Below are positions 1 to 31,059 of a stretch of DNA of 64,000 nucleotides, one piece after another (the first letter of the stretch is position 1; each line of letters starts with the position of its first letter). The stretch is from Chrysomallon squamiferum. Lineage: Eukaryota > Animalia > Mollusca. The stretch spans positions 13,826,001-13,890,000 of the forward strand of contig CM022669.1 of assembly GCA_012295275.1 (NCBI GenBank). Direction: 5' to 3'. Position numbers and translations under genes: made by a program. The notes beneath the pieces were generated by a model. It was not told the DNA's origin. It made no database searches and saw only the letters and a program-made list of their open reading frames with translations.

Positions 1-983
1 TGTACCGGCATGCGGGCAGTAATAATTAAAACAACCACTATAATTATTTAAAATTCAATTACAATGTTCATGATGTAATGGTTGTTCGTGATAGTTTATA
101 CATTAAATTTGATGCTTTTTGCTGTGTGCTTGGAAAAGCTGTAATCGTACAAAATGAAATAGGACCATCAAATAATACTTCTACAAAGGTATTAAACTCA
201 TTTTTACACCATCACAACTGCGGTGACGACATTATCGAATACATGCCGAGCTGAAGTCTGTAATTTACTTTGACAATGTAAAAGAAACCAGAGAACATCT
301 CACTGACGGACGTTTATGCGATGACGTGACGACTGCTAGAAAATGCCGAGTGATAGATATTTTTAAAATGCACTATTTTGTTTTTATACTATTTTATTAA
401 TTTAAATGGTAGAGTAGAGCATAAAAAAAAAAAAATGTTTCTATATACTGATTATTCGTATCCGTATTCACTCCCACTCTTTTCTGTCTGAACAAATTAT
501 TAGTTAGCGAAACCTTTAGAAAAATGTTTCAAGTTATTTTTTAGGAGCAGTTTCAGAATGATTAAGAAATGTAAATATGAAGACACAGAGCGCCTCCGTT
601 TGCTATGGTAAATCTCACTTTCAAAACGCCTACTACAGACAGCTAAACTGCTGTTTGATTCAGACGGCTGGAATCACAAATAACACAAATACACCAATGG
701 GGAATGGGAATTAAGCTTTCTATTATGTGTCGGTGTTTCGGATTGGAACTTAACGCTTTACGATCTAGAGACTTTATTTTGGTTTGTTAGAAAGAATAAA
801 CGTATTGATCTGTGGATTGACATATTTTTTATTTATGTATCATTGCCAATAAAAGGATCTATAATAAACACGAGAATTCATTACAACAGTTTCCACACTC
901 GAAAAGGAGTTCACGAAATATCGATGCGAACGCTAAATATCTCATTTCATTCAACAGAGAACAGTAAATACCAAGCTGCTGTA

Positions 984-4411
<3,428 letters not shown>

Positions 4412-5816
4412 AAACACTGTATGAGTGGTCAAATAAAAAATAATATAAGAACGACAATAAGATTTGTTTTTGTTCTTGCAGTTGCTTATGCTGTGGTGTA
4501 TGTACCTTTTCATTTTTGTTTGTTCGATAGATGCGACTAACTGAACGTTTTAGTTGATAAAATGTCTTGTATTAAACAGACATTTAATGTATAAAATATG
4601 AATGATAACTCAGGCTAACATATAAATACAATTTTTTTTTCTAGCGTTCAAATAAAGTGTACTTTTCAGTTGATATTGTTTGTCAAGCCTCTAATATTAA
4701 TAAATAAAATGTACACAGCTAATTGGGTTCAATATAGTTTTACTCTGGCTTTCAACTAATCAAATTCTTCTGCTATAATAAAAATTGTGGATAATAGTTA
4801 TTTGTTATTTGTTTATTACTCTATAGAAACTACATCCCTAGCGATAACACATTATGTAAATGAACTAGGTAACTTTATCTTTTTTTGATTCCGTACAATG
4901 AACACAAAGTGAAAATACGAACTGGTTTTTAATGACAGTGTGAATTATTTAAACTCTTGAGTGCAATAGTTTTAGTTTCTTCAACTATTGATTAATTATT
5001 CATGTTTACAATGGCAGATGAAACAGTAGTTGATTCCAACACTCATTTCTATAAAGTGTATTATTATTATTATTTATTTTTATTTATTTCAATCATTTAT
5101 TAAATTTTCAAAGTTTTATTTATAACAAAGTAATGGCTTACGTTATTTCTTCTTGTTCAAAAAACAAAAAACAAAAAAATAATGTATGATGGATTCAACT
5201 GTAGTTGCCACTCTTCAAATTGAACTTACAATGTATTTGCTCAGGTTGAATATCCCTGTGCCACTCAGCACAGCATAAAGGAATGAGGCCATTATTACCT
5301 TCACGGGATAAAGCTGATTACTTAAAAATGTAACAGTGATTCTTAACTAGCCACACATACTGATTTTGTTTCACAATATACCAGAATAAAATAATGCTTA
5401 AATAACTATTTATTTGTTATTTTGTAAATGAAAGCTGTTTTCTGAACGGTCTTTACAACATAAACAAGTAATTAATCACTAATGAAGTACAGAAGTATTC
5501 TCGAACAGAACACACACACGCATACATATATACACACACATACACACATACACACACACACACACACACACAGATATATATGGCAACAATATTTTTAAAT
5601 AAATAAAGAGATAAAGTTATAAAACTTTGAAACTTTAACAGCTAAAAGCTGTGAAGGCTATCTAATATTAATTCATCAATTCTGACTCCTCATAGCCCAC
5701 CTTCACAAACACTGCTTCAATTTTTTTTTTTTTTTTTTTGGTTTACATCAAAACTGAATTAAAATGAAGCACATGTAATTATACTTCAAAACTGAAACAT
5801 GCACAGGTACACAGAG

Positions 5817-5924
<108 letters not shown>

Positions 5925-6108
5925 ATTCAGATGTAATACCATCAATCTGTATCAGATCAAAATAATATTTAAGGACATCTGTCATGGCATACAGATCAGG
6001 AACATGAGTTCATTCATTAACCTAATCCAAGGTATCGCTTCACAAACACTTCTAGTTCCCAATCCTCTAAATCGGGTTCAACTATTTCTCTTTACCGATT
6101 ATTATTAT

Positions 6109-6158
<50 letters not shown>

Positions 6159-6172
6159 TTATTATTATTATT

Positions 6173-6209
<37 letters not shown>

Positions 6210-6954
6210 TTTTGTTGCTGTTGCTGTTCTTGTTCTTGTTGTTGTTGCCAGTTGTGTGTATTTTAACTATCATCGTGTTTTCAAGTAAGTATCAAGTAAG
6301 TTAGAAAAGAATTATGAAAATCCTCTTAAAGCGCATCAGTGGTAAGAAAAATATATGGTTTAATTAAATAATTCTATATACATCCATTCATATATTAATT
6401 TAGTGTTTTCACAAATCATTAGTTAGCGAAACCTTCAGTAAAATATTTCAAAGTATTTTCAACGACCAGTTTTAGAATGATTAAAAATGTAAATGTGAGA
6501 ACACAAAGCGTTTCTGTTTGCTATGGTAAACCTCTCTTTCAAAACGCCTGCTCCAGGAAGCGAAGCTGCTGTTTGATTCAGACGGCTGGAATGACAAATA
6601 ACACAAATACCCCATGGGGAATGCGGATTATGCTTTCTATTATGTGACGGTGTTTTGCATAGGGACTTCATGTTTTACGATCTGGAGGCTTCATTTTTGT
6701 TTTTCCTGATTGATTATAATATATCTCAATAAAATTTTAACATTTTCCAGATACACACTAAGTGCCACGGCGTAAATGCATTGATCTCTGGATTACATTA
6801 TTTCTTATTTATGTGTTACTAGAAGCAAAACAAGAAGCATCAAAAAAAAAAAAAAAAATTTATTACCATAGTTTCCACACTCGAAAAGTTGCTGACACGA
6901 ACGCTACATTTCTCATTTCCTTCCACAGAGAACGGTTGATACCAAGCTTCTGCA

Positions 6955-9493
<2,539 letters not shown>

Positions 9494-9810
9494 AACACTG
9501 TACTAGTGGTGAAGTAGAAAAATAATAAAAGAAAGACAATAAGATTTGATTTTCTTCTTGTAGCTGTTGCTGCAGTGGTTTTTTTTTTTTTTTTTCATTT
9601 GTTGACTGGATGACTGGCTGTTGTTGTTTTTTCTTCTTCTCGTTTTTCTAGGCTTTTATACTCTTCTTGTTGTTGTTAATCTTTAGCTGGTTTAGACCAA
9701 TAAATAATATTCCCGGAATTAAATTTTGATATTAATATTGTAATAAGAAAGACGGTTTCTTTTTGCTTTTGCTTTTTGTTTTTCTTTCTTTTCATTTTCT
9801 TTTTTCCTTT

Positions 9811-9883
<73 letters not shown>

Positions 9884-11428
9884 CTACTACTACTACTACT
9901 ACTACTATTACTATTATTATTATTATTATTTTCCTCTTTTTGAAAACAATTATAGATAAACACCTTAGAAAAAAATAACACTGTTATTAAAAGAGTATTT
10001 TTCAACTAGCAGCAAGTGAAAGAGATTAAGTTTCCTTTGAACAAGAAACACACCAAAACAGTGGTGTGATTCTGAACTGAATCTGGAACTATATCAAAAG
10101 TCTCATTTAGGAAAACTCATCCACACAACATTTATAAATGACAGTAACTGAGATGTACAAAAGGAAGCTGTTCTACATAATATTAGTTATCTGTATATAC
10201 GTAACTGCAATATTAATTCTTTCTTCACACTGAAATAGCTAAATGTGACTAATTGAACGTTTCAGTTGATAAAATGTTTTGTATTCAACAGGTATTTAAT
10301 GTATATTATATGAGTGAAAAATCAGGCTTACACATATATATATATTATTTTCTAGCGTTAAATTAAAGTGTACTTTTCTATTGATATTGTTTGTCAAGCC
10401 TCTATTACCAATAAATGAAATTTACACAGCTAACTGGGTTCAGTGTAATTAAACTTTTAACTGATCAAATTCGTCTTCTGTAATGAAAATTGTGGATAAT
10501 ACTCATAAGCTATCTGTAGTATTTTTAAGTTATTTGTGTATTCATACATAGAAACTATGTCCCTAGAGATAACACATTCTGTAAATGAACTAAGTAAGTT
10601 TATCTTTTTCGATTCAGTACAGTGAACACAAATTGAAAACACGAAATATATTTCAATCACAGTGTGAATTATTTAAATATTTGCTGGATGTTTTTCCAAG
10701 TGGAATGGTTTTAAATTGTTTGACTATTGATAAAGTATTGATGATTACGACCGCAGAAAACAAGAAATAAAACTATATTATATTATGGATCCACCTGCTC
10801 TTCTAATTGAACTTACAATGTATTTGCTCAGGCTGATTGGCCCTGTGCAGCTCAGCATAGCCTAACAGAATCAGACAAATTTCACCTTCACAGGATAAAA
10901 CTGATAACTTAAGAAAGTAACAGTAATTCTCAACTCACCACTATGGACAGAAGTAGCTTCATCTATTTTGATTTTGTTGCAGAATGTATCAGAATAATTA
11001 ATTCTTAAATAACTATTTATTTATTATTTTTCAAACGAAAACTGTTTTCTGAATGATGTTTTAAAATGTAAACAAACATTTATTCACTAAAGAAGTATCT
11101 TCGAACACAACACACACACACACACACACACACAGACACACAGATTCATATACACACATTATCTGTCTAAGTAAATAAATTTTATATCCAAAAACTATAT
11201 TTTTGAAGAAACAAATAAATAAATAAAACTTTGAAAATTTAACAGTTAAAAACTATGAAAGCTATCAAATATTGATTCATTAATTCTGAATCCTCATGGC
11301 CCACCTTCATAAATACTGCTTTAATATATTTATATGAAAATTGAAGTAAAATGAAGTACATATAATTGAACTTCAAATGCGAAACATGCAAAGGGACACG
11401 AACACACACAGACACACAGACACACACA

Positions 11429-11524
<96 letters not shown>

Positions 11525-11884
11525 CAGATTTAATATCATCAACATGTATCAGATGAAAAGAATATCCAACACAATCCATCATTGCATACAGAGCAGGAAC
11601 ACGAGTTCATTCATTAATTACCACCTTTAGGACTGGTTTGTCAATGGTGGTCATCTAGACATATTTTGAATACTTCTGTCGCTGATCTTTGTGCTTAATC
11701 AGGTTTTTAATCAGACAAGTTTTAAAAGAAAGCATAAATATCAACGAAACAGTAACTAACTGAGCTTAATGTTGTTGTTTTGTTTAATCTGCTGATTTTA
11801 CTTATTTACTTTTTTCTTTCTTTCTTTTCTCTAGGATACCTAAAATGTATCTTGATGTGCCTTCGTACGTAATCGTTATTCTCT

Positions 11885-11922
<38 letters not shown>

Positions 11923-11930
11923 CCCCTGTT

Positions 11931-12013
11931 TGAGCTTTTAGAAGAAAGCTGCTGCTTTGATACATCCAGAATTGTTGAAACAATCGTAGAAACCTCAGCC
12001 ATGGTTCCATATC
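11931..12013 (-). pseudogene. Duplicated copy of the PPCDC terminal coding exon (unit 2 spacer)
   Basis: Near-identical to 31060-31142 and retains the tttcag acceptor. Reads (G)YGTMAEVSTIVSTILDVSKQQLSSKS; the stop TGA is changed to TCA, so the frame runs on into poly-Lys to 11802. Confidence 0.9.
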
Positions 12014-12957
12014 CTGAAATTTAAAAATATATATATTTTAACAAAATTTTAAAAATTAAGACAAATAATGTTTTCATTCATTTCTCCTCCCAATTTGGGT
12101 GAATAATAACTTTTCACTATTTTTCTTCATTAACCTAATCTAAGGTATCGCTTGACAAAAATCTCTTCAAAGCCAAACAGTTGACTAGTCCCCATTCCTC
12201 TAAATCCGATTCGACTATTTTTCTTTACCGATTATTATCATAATTGTTTTGCTTTAACTTCATTGCCAGTTGTTTGGTTTTTAACTGTCATCGTATTCTC
12301 AAATAAGTATGTTACAAAAGAATTACGAAAATCCTCTCAAAGCATACCTGTGGGAGGAAGAACGTATGGCCTAATTCAATAATTCTTTATATATCCATGT
12401 TATTAATTTATATATATCCATACAAATTAGATTTACAAAGATATTAAACTCAATTTTACCATCACGACTGCAGTGGCGACGATAATCATGTATATGCCGA
12501 GCTGATGTCTGTAATTTATTTTGACAATCCTAAAAGAAACTAGAGCATGACGTAACAAAAATAAATGTGGCGAAAATAGACAGATATTTTTGAAACACAT
12601 TATTTTGTTTTATACTTTGTCATTAATTCAAATGCAATTGTAGAAGATAAATAAAACAATTTTAATTTGGAACATATTTATTTAGCCTAATAGTTTGTAT
12701 ATTTCTCCTCTTCCACTGAAACTTTTGAAGTCTAGTTCAAGGTATTTCCACGGACTAGTTTCAGAATGATTAAAAATTAAATATGATGACACAGGGCGCC
12801 TCAGTAAACCACACTTTCAAAGCGATTACTATAGATTGATTATAACATATCTTAATAAAATTTTAATATTTTGCTGATACGTCTTCTTGTGTTTGTGAGG
12901 AAGCATCAATGTACTGATCTGTATATTGACATATCGTTTCTCTTTATGTCTCATTGC

Positions 12958-12990
12958 TATAAAACGATCTGAAAAATAAAATAATTCATT
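12958..12990 (+). promoter_or_regulatory. Putative core promoter of copy 3 (TATA box + initiator-like TCATT)
   Basis: TATAAAA at 12958-12964 with TCATT ~30 nt downstream, ~100 nt before the ATG. The same arrangement occurs in copies 4 and 5. Confidence 0.5.
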
Positions 12991-13089
12991 ACAACATATT
13001 ACATCACTCGAACAAAAGTTGAGATATCGACACGAACGCTACATATCTCATTCCCTTTCTCAGAGAACAGTTGATACCAAACTGCTGTA

Positions 13090-17242
<4,153 letters not shown>

Positions 17243-18620
17243 AACACTGTGTGAGTGGTCAAATACAAAAATAATATAAGAAAGACAAAAAGATTTGTTT
17301 TTGTTCTTGCAGTTGCTTATTGCTATGGTTGATGTACCTTTTTATTTTTGTTTGTTTAATAGATGCGACTAACTGAACGTTTCAGTTGATAAAAGGTCTT
17401 GTATTAAACAGACATTTGATGTATAAAATATGAATGCAAAAGCAGGCTTACACATATGATATATTGTTTTTTTTTCTACCCTTCAAATAAAATGTACTTT
17501 TCTATTGATATTGTTTGTCAAGCATCTATTACTAATAAATAAAATTACACAGCTAACTGGGTTCAATGTAATTATCCTTTCAACTGATCAAGTTCGTCTC
17601 CTGTAATGAAAATTGTGGATAATAGTCAATAAGGTAACTGTAGTGTTTTTTGTTATTTGTTTATTCCTCCATAGAAACTACATCTCTAGCGATAACGCAT
17701 TCTGTAAATGAACTAAGTAAGTTTGTCTTTTTGGATTCGGTACAGTGAACACAAATTGAAAATATGAAATAAATTTTAATCACAGTGTGAATTATTTAAA
17801 TATATGTGGTTGTTTTTCTCACCGAAATGGTTTTAGTTTCATAAATTATTCATGTTTACGATCACAGATGAAACAGTAGTTCATTCCAAAACTCATTTCT
17901 ACAAAGTGCATTTTTATTATTATTTATTTTAATTTATTTTAGTAATTTATTAAATTTACTGTTTTATTTGTATCAAAATAATGGCTTTCCTTCTTTTTTC
18001 TTCTTTAACTGCTCTTCTAACTGAACTTACAATGTATTTGCTCAGGCTGAATGGCCCATGGCAGCTCAGCATAGCCTAACAGAATCAGGCAATTCTAACC
18101 TTCACAGGATAAAACTGATAACTTAAGAATGTAACAGTAATTCTCAACTCACCACTATGGACAGAAGTAGCTTCATCTATTTTGATTTTGTTCCACAATA
18201 AATCAAAGCAAGGCTTTGAAACATAACTATTTATTTCTTATTTTTTAAATGAAAACTGTTTTTGAATGGTTTTTTACAACATAAACAAATAGTCTCTAAA
18301 GAAGTGTCTTCGAACACAACACAACACACACACACACACACACACAGACACATATACACATTACATATTTAAGTAAATAAATTTCCTACACAAAAAGCAA
18401 TACTTTTAAATAAATAAATAAATAGATAAATAAAACTTTGAAAATTTAACAATTAAAAGCAATGAAAGCTATCTAATACTAATTCATTAATTCTGAATCC
18501 TCATGGCCACCTTCAGATTTATTGCTTTAAATTATTTTATTTTTTGTTTCACATAAAAACTGAATTAAGATGAAGTACATATAATTATACTTCAAATCTG
18601 AAAATTGCACAGGGAGACAG

Positions 18621-18717
<97 letters not shown>

Positions 18718-19677
18718 ATAATAGTTAAGAATAAGAGATTCAAACTAAACACCATCAGTCTGTATCAGATCAAGAGAATATTTAAGGACATCTATCATGG
18801 TATACAGAGCAGGAACATGAGTTCATTCATTAACCTAATTCAAGGTATTGCTTGACAAAAACTTCTAGTTCCCAATCCTCTAAATCGGGTTCGAATATTC
18901 GTCTTTACCGATTATTATTATTGTTCTTATTGCTGGTGTTGTTGTTGTGATTTGCTTTACCTTCATTGCCAGCTTTGTGCTTTTTAGCTATCATCGTAGT
19001 CTCAGATAAGTACGTTATAACATTTTTTACGAACATCCACTTAAAGCATACCTTAGGAAGAATAAATGGTCTAATTAAATAATTCTTTATACATCCATGT
19101 TATGAAGTTTGTGATTTTCGAAAAGCTATGATCGTACAAATTCAAAGAGCACATACAAATACAAAGATATTTAACTCAATTTTTACACTATCACAGCTGC
19201 ATATGCGGAGCTGATACCTGTAATTTACTTCGACAATCCTAAAAGAAACTCGAGCACGACGTATCGAATTAAAAATGACGATCACTGACAAATATTTTTG
19301 AAATGCACTATTTTGTTTTTATACTTTGTCATTAACTAAAATGGAATCGTAGAACATAAATAAAATAATTTTAACTTGGAGCATAATATACGTATCAGTT
19401 TCAGAATGATTAAAAATGTAATTATGAGGACACAGAGCGCATCAGATTGCAAAACGGTTACTATAGAACGAGAGACTGTTGTTTTATTCAGAAGGCTGGA
19501 ATCTCAAATAACACAAACACATCAGTCCGGTGTGGGATGGGAATTATGCTTTATTATGTATCAGGATTATAATACATCTGAATAAAATTTTAGTATTTTC
19601 CTCATACAGACTAAATGTGCGGGGGTTTGCGAGTAACCGTATATGGATTGAAATATTTCGTATTTATGTCTCACTGC

Positions 19678-19713
19678 TATAAAACGACCTTTAAAAACGC
19701 ACCAGAATTCATT
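19678..19713 (+). promoter_or_regulatory. Putative core promoter of copy 4 (TATA box + initiator-like TCATT)
   Basis: TATAAAA at 19678-19684, TCATT at 19709-19713, ATG at 19815. Confidence 0.5.
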
Positions 19714-19814
19714 ACAACAGTTTTCATCCTCGAACAGGAGTAGAGGAGGAGTAGATACGAATCCTAAACATAGCATTTCATTCAACAGAGAACGGTTGAT
19801 ACCAAACTGCTGTA

Positions 19815-23419
<3,605 letters not shown>

Positions 23420-24292
23420 AATGTAAACTATAAATAGCTTTTCTACAGTGTAGAGGGTTAGGGTTTCTCCATCTTTTCGTGGACAGAAATCCGCAGCTTA
23501 GAAATGTTTTGACAACTTACACATATAGACATATTTTGTTCTACCCTTCAATTAAAGTGTATTTTTCTATTGATATTGTTTGTCAAGCCTCTATGATTAG
23601 TCAATAAAATGTACACAGTTAATTGGGATCAGTGTAATTATACTTTCAACTGATCAAGTTCGTCTACTGTAATACAAATTGTAGATAATAGTCAATAAGG
23701 TAACTGTAGTGGGTTTGTTTTTTTGTTGTTGTTATTTGTTTATTTCTCTATAGAAACTACATCTCTAGAGATAACACATTTTGTAAATGAACTAAGTAAG
23801 TTTATCTTTTTTGATTCGGTACACTAAACACAAATAGAAAATTCTAAATAAATCTAAATTACAGTGTGAATTATTTATATATTTGTGGTTGTTTTTCTCA
23901 GCGGAATTGTTTTAGTTTGTTTAACTGTTGATAAATTATTCATGTTTACGACCGTAGATGAAACAGTAGTTCAATCAACACTCATTTCTATAAAATGCAT
24001 AAAAAATTTGTTTTTTGATTTTATTTATTTTAGTCATTTATTGATTTTCTAAGTTTTATTTATATCAAAATAATGACTTTCCTTATTTCTTCTTCTTTTG
24101 AAAAGAAAAGAGAAAAAAAATAAAAGTATATAATGTATCCAACTGTAGTTACTGCTGTTCTAACTGAACTTGTAATGTATTTGCTCAGGCCATTTTTACC
24201 TTCCCAGGATAAAGCTGAGAACTTGAGAAAGTAATAGTAATTCTCAACTCACCACTTATAATTATACTTGAAATGTGAAACATGCACAAGGA

Positions 24293-24388
<96 letters not shown>

Positions 24389-24941
24389 GAGAGAGAGAGA
24401 GAGAGAGAGATTTAATATCATCAATCTGTATCAGATGAAAAGAATATTTAAGCATATCTATCAAGGCATACTGAGCAGGGACATCAATTCATTCATTAAC
24501 TACCACCTTTAGGACTGGTTTAGTCAATGGAAGTGACCTAGACAACATGTTCACGTATTTTGAATACTTCTTTCGCTGATCTTTGTGCTTAATCACGTTT
24601 TTAATCAGCCAAGTGTTAATAGAAAGCATAAATAACAACTAAACAATAACTAGCTGACCTTAACCTTGTTGTTTATTGTGGTGATTTTACTGATTCACTT
24701 TATCCTTTTTTTTTTTCTTTTCTCATGAGATTCTTAAAGTTTATCTCGATGTATTATGTGCGAAACAGTCACATTATATTATGTGCATTTCGTACGTAAT
24801 CGTTTTTCTCTAGCTTTTTTGGTTTTTAATTATTTCTCTTTTTCTTTTTTTTCTTGTTTTTTCTTCTCTTTTTTTTTGTGATTGTTTTTTTTTTTTTTTT
24901 TTTTTTTTTTTTTGTTGTTGTTGTTGTTTTTTTTTTCTTTT

Positions 24942-25027
24942 TCAACTTTTAGAAGAAAGCTGCTGCTTTGATACGTCCTGAATTGTTGAATCAGTCGTTG
25001 AAACCTGAACCGTGGTGGCTCCATTTC
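24942..25027 (-). pseudogene. Duplicated, diverged copy of the PPCDC terminal coding exon (unit 4 spacer)
   Basis: Retains the tttcag acceptor, an open frame (3-nt insertion) and the TGA: (G)NGATTVQVSTTDSTIQDVSKQQLSSKS*. Confidence 0.88.
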
Positions 25028-25890
25028 CTGAAATTTAAGATAATTTGTATTTTAATCTATAAGCAAAATTAATTGATACGGTTAATAAGATTTAGTATTC
25101 TGTTAAAAGGCAAAACAATATTATTTAATTTATAGAACTAGAAAATATCAAAAATAAAATATAAATAAAGTATTACGACGGAATGTTTTCATTCATTTCT
25201 CCTCTCAGTTTTGGTGTATAAAAACTTTTCTCTATTTTTCTTCATTAACCTAATCCAAGGTATCGCTTTAATAGTCTAATTAAACATTTCTTTATTAATT
25301 TAGTGTTTCAAGAAAAGCTATGATCGTATAAAATGAAATAGGACCACCAAATACAAAGATGTTTAACTCAATTTTACACCATCGCAACTGCAGTGACGAT
25401 GTTATTGTATGTATGCTGAGCTGATAGCTGTAATTTACTTTGACAATCTTAAAAGAAACTAGAGCATGACGTAACGACTTTAAAATGGCGACGCATAGAC
25501 AGATATTTTTGAAATGTAGTATTTTGTTTTTATATTTTGTCATTAACGAAATGAAATCGTAGAAAATAAACAAAATAATTTTAATTTGGAACACAATATT
25601 TGTTTAGACTAATTGTTCATATCATTCTTCTCTTTCAATGATCCTTTTGCAGAATATTTCAAGGTATTTTCACGGACCAGTTTCAGAATGATCAAAAATG
25701 TAAATGTGATGACCGAGAGCGCCTCAGTTTGCTATGGTAAACGACACTTTCAGAACAGTTACTGTAGATTGATAATAACATATCTCGATAAAGTATTAAT
25801 ATTGCTCTCATAGGTCTTCTTGTGTTTGTGAGAAAGCATAAATGTATTGATCTGTGTATTGACATATCTTTTCTCTTTATGTCTCATTGC

Positions 25891-25923
25891 TATAAAACGA
25901 TCTGAAAAATAAAATAATTCATA
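25891..25923 (+). promoter_or_regulatory. Putative core promoter of copy 5 (TATA box)
   Basis: TATAAAA at 25891-25897 with TCATA ~28 nt downstream; ATG at 26015. Confidence 0.45.
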
Positions 25924-26014
25924 AGAACAGATTTCATCACTCGAACAAGAGTTCAGGAGGTATCGACATATCTCAATTCCTTCCACAGAGAACGGTTGAT
26001 ACCAAACTGCTGTA

Positions 26015-29198
<3,184 letters not shown>

Positions 29199-29349
29199 AA
29201 CACTGTACGCGTGGTCGAATATAAACGTTATATGAGAAAGACAATAAGATTTGTTTTTGTTGTTGTAGTTGTTGCTGCAGTGGTTCATGTATCACTTTTG
29301 TGTTGTCTGTTGACTGGGTGACTGGCTCTCGTTGTTTTTTCTACTTGGC

Positions 29350-29382
<33 letters not shown>

Positions 29383-29405
29383 TTCCCTCAGGTATTTTAT
29401 TTTTT

Positions 29406-29447
<42 letters not shown>

Positions 29448-29626
29448 GTTTTCGGTTCATCTTATGCAGATTAGTATAAAAAAGTAAACTTTCCGAAATT
29501 AAATTTTAATACTACTTCATACCGAAATAGTTAGATGAGACTAACAGCACCCAATGTGAAACTGCAAAATAATTTGTATCACAGTGTGAATTATTTATTC
29601 ATTTGTTGCTGATGTTCCCAGTGGAA

Positions 29627-29689
29627 CTGAATAACGAATGACAACATCTCAGCACAGAAATATATATCGGCTATTACACCAGAATGGTT
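29627..29689. mobile_element. 63-bp insertion flanked by a 9-bp direct repeat (CCAGTGGAA)
   Basis: CCAGTGGAA at 29618-29626 and 29690-29698. The homologous sites in other units (e.g. ~10696-10705) have a single copy and no insert. Confidence 0.55.
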
Positions 29690-31059
29690 CCAGTGGAATT
29701 GTTGTAATTGTTTTAACTGTTGATAAATTATACGTTTTTGAGACTGCAGATGAAATCTAATAAATGATTAAAAGAAATAATAATAATAATGAACTATAGT
29801 TCATTATTATTTATTTTAATCATTTATTAGATTTTCAAAATTTTGTCATTATCAGTATAATGACTTTTCTTATTTCTTCTTCTTTTAAAAACAAAAGAGA
29901 AAAAGTAGTTACTGCTTTTCTAATTGAAAATTGAACTTACAATGTGTTTGCTCAGGCTGAATGGCCCTGTGCAGCTCAGCATAGCCTAACAGAATCAGGC
30001 AATTCTAACCTTCACAGGATAAAACTGATAACTTAAGAATGCAACAATAATTCTCAACTCACCACTATGGACAGAAGTAGCTTCACCCATATTGATTTTG
30101 TTGCCACAATATATCCGAACAAAATAATTGTTAATTAACAATTTATTTGTAATTATGTACATGAAAATGATTTTCAGAATGGTATTTTAGAAGCTAAACA
30201 AGCAATTAAGCGCTGAAGAAGTATTTTTCACAGAACACACACACACACACACACACACATTATTTAAGTAAATATAGTTCCTAACCAAACAGCTATATTC
30301 TTTTAAACAAATAAACAAATAAAAATAAAACTTTGAAAATTTAAAAATGAACAGCTATGAAACCTATCAAATATTAATTCATTAATTCTGAATCCTCATG
30401 GCTCACCTTCAGAAATATTACTTTAATTTTTTTTTTTTTTTTTTTTATTTTACATCAAAACTGCAATAAAATGAAGTACGTATAATTATACTTCAAATGT
30501 TAAACATCACAAATCTGTCTCTGATTCATTCCAAGTGCTCAGAAATCACATATAATTATACTACAGATCTGAAACATGTGCAGGGAGTTAATATCATCAG
30601 TCTCTAATGGTTTACGATAATCTTGTATTAGATGACAAGAATATTCAAGCACATATATCATGACACAGAGCAGGAAGATGTTGGATTAAGATATTTTTAC
30701 TGTGTCATACATTAACTACCAGCTATAAAACTGGTTTAGTCAAAGGAGATAACCTAGACAGTATATTCAAATGTTTTTAATGTTTGTACCGCTTATTTTT
30801 GTGCTTAATCAGGTTATTAATCAGACAAGTGTTAAAAAAGCATAAATAACAACTAAACAATAACTAGCTGACCTTAATGTTGTTGTTTAATCTGGTGATT
30901 TTTATTTATTATCTTTTGTTTTCTTTTGTTTTCTTTTCTTCTGGGATACTTAAAGTTTATCTTGATGTATTATGTTTGAATCAGTCAAATCATATGATGT
31001 GCATTTCGTATGTAATCATTTTTCTCAGCGTTTTTTTTTTCTTCTTTTCTTCTCCTTTT

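Noticed and set aside
843-983. N-terminal extension of ORF 843-1364 from a TTG start
   Set aside because: The conserved start in all five copies is the ATG of MKYFS (984), which begins the signal peptide. The extension overlaps the putative promoter/5'UTR.
23454-23466. GGGTTAGGGTTT telomere-like motif
   Set aside because: Only one full TTAGGG unit, which is too short to call an interstitial telomeric sequence.
30055-30075. Minus-strand ccatag|TG|gtgagt pattern resembling a 2-nt micro-exon in the conserved spacer block
   Set aside because: No host transcript or frame context supports it; likely chance.
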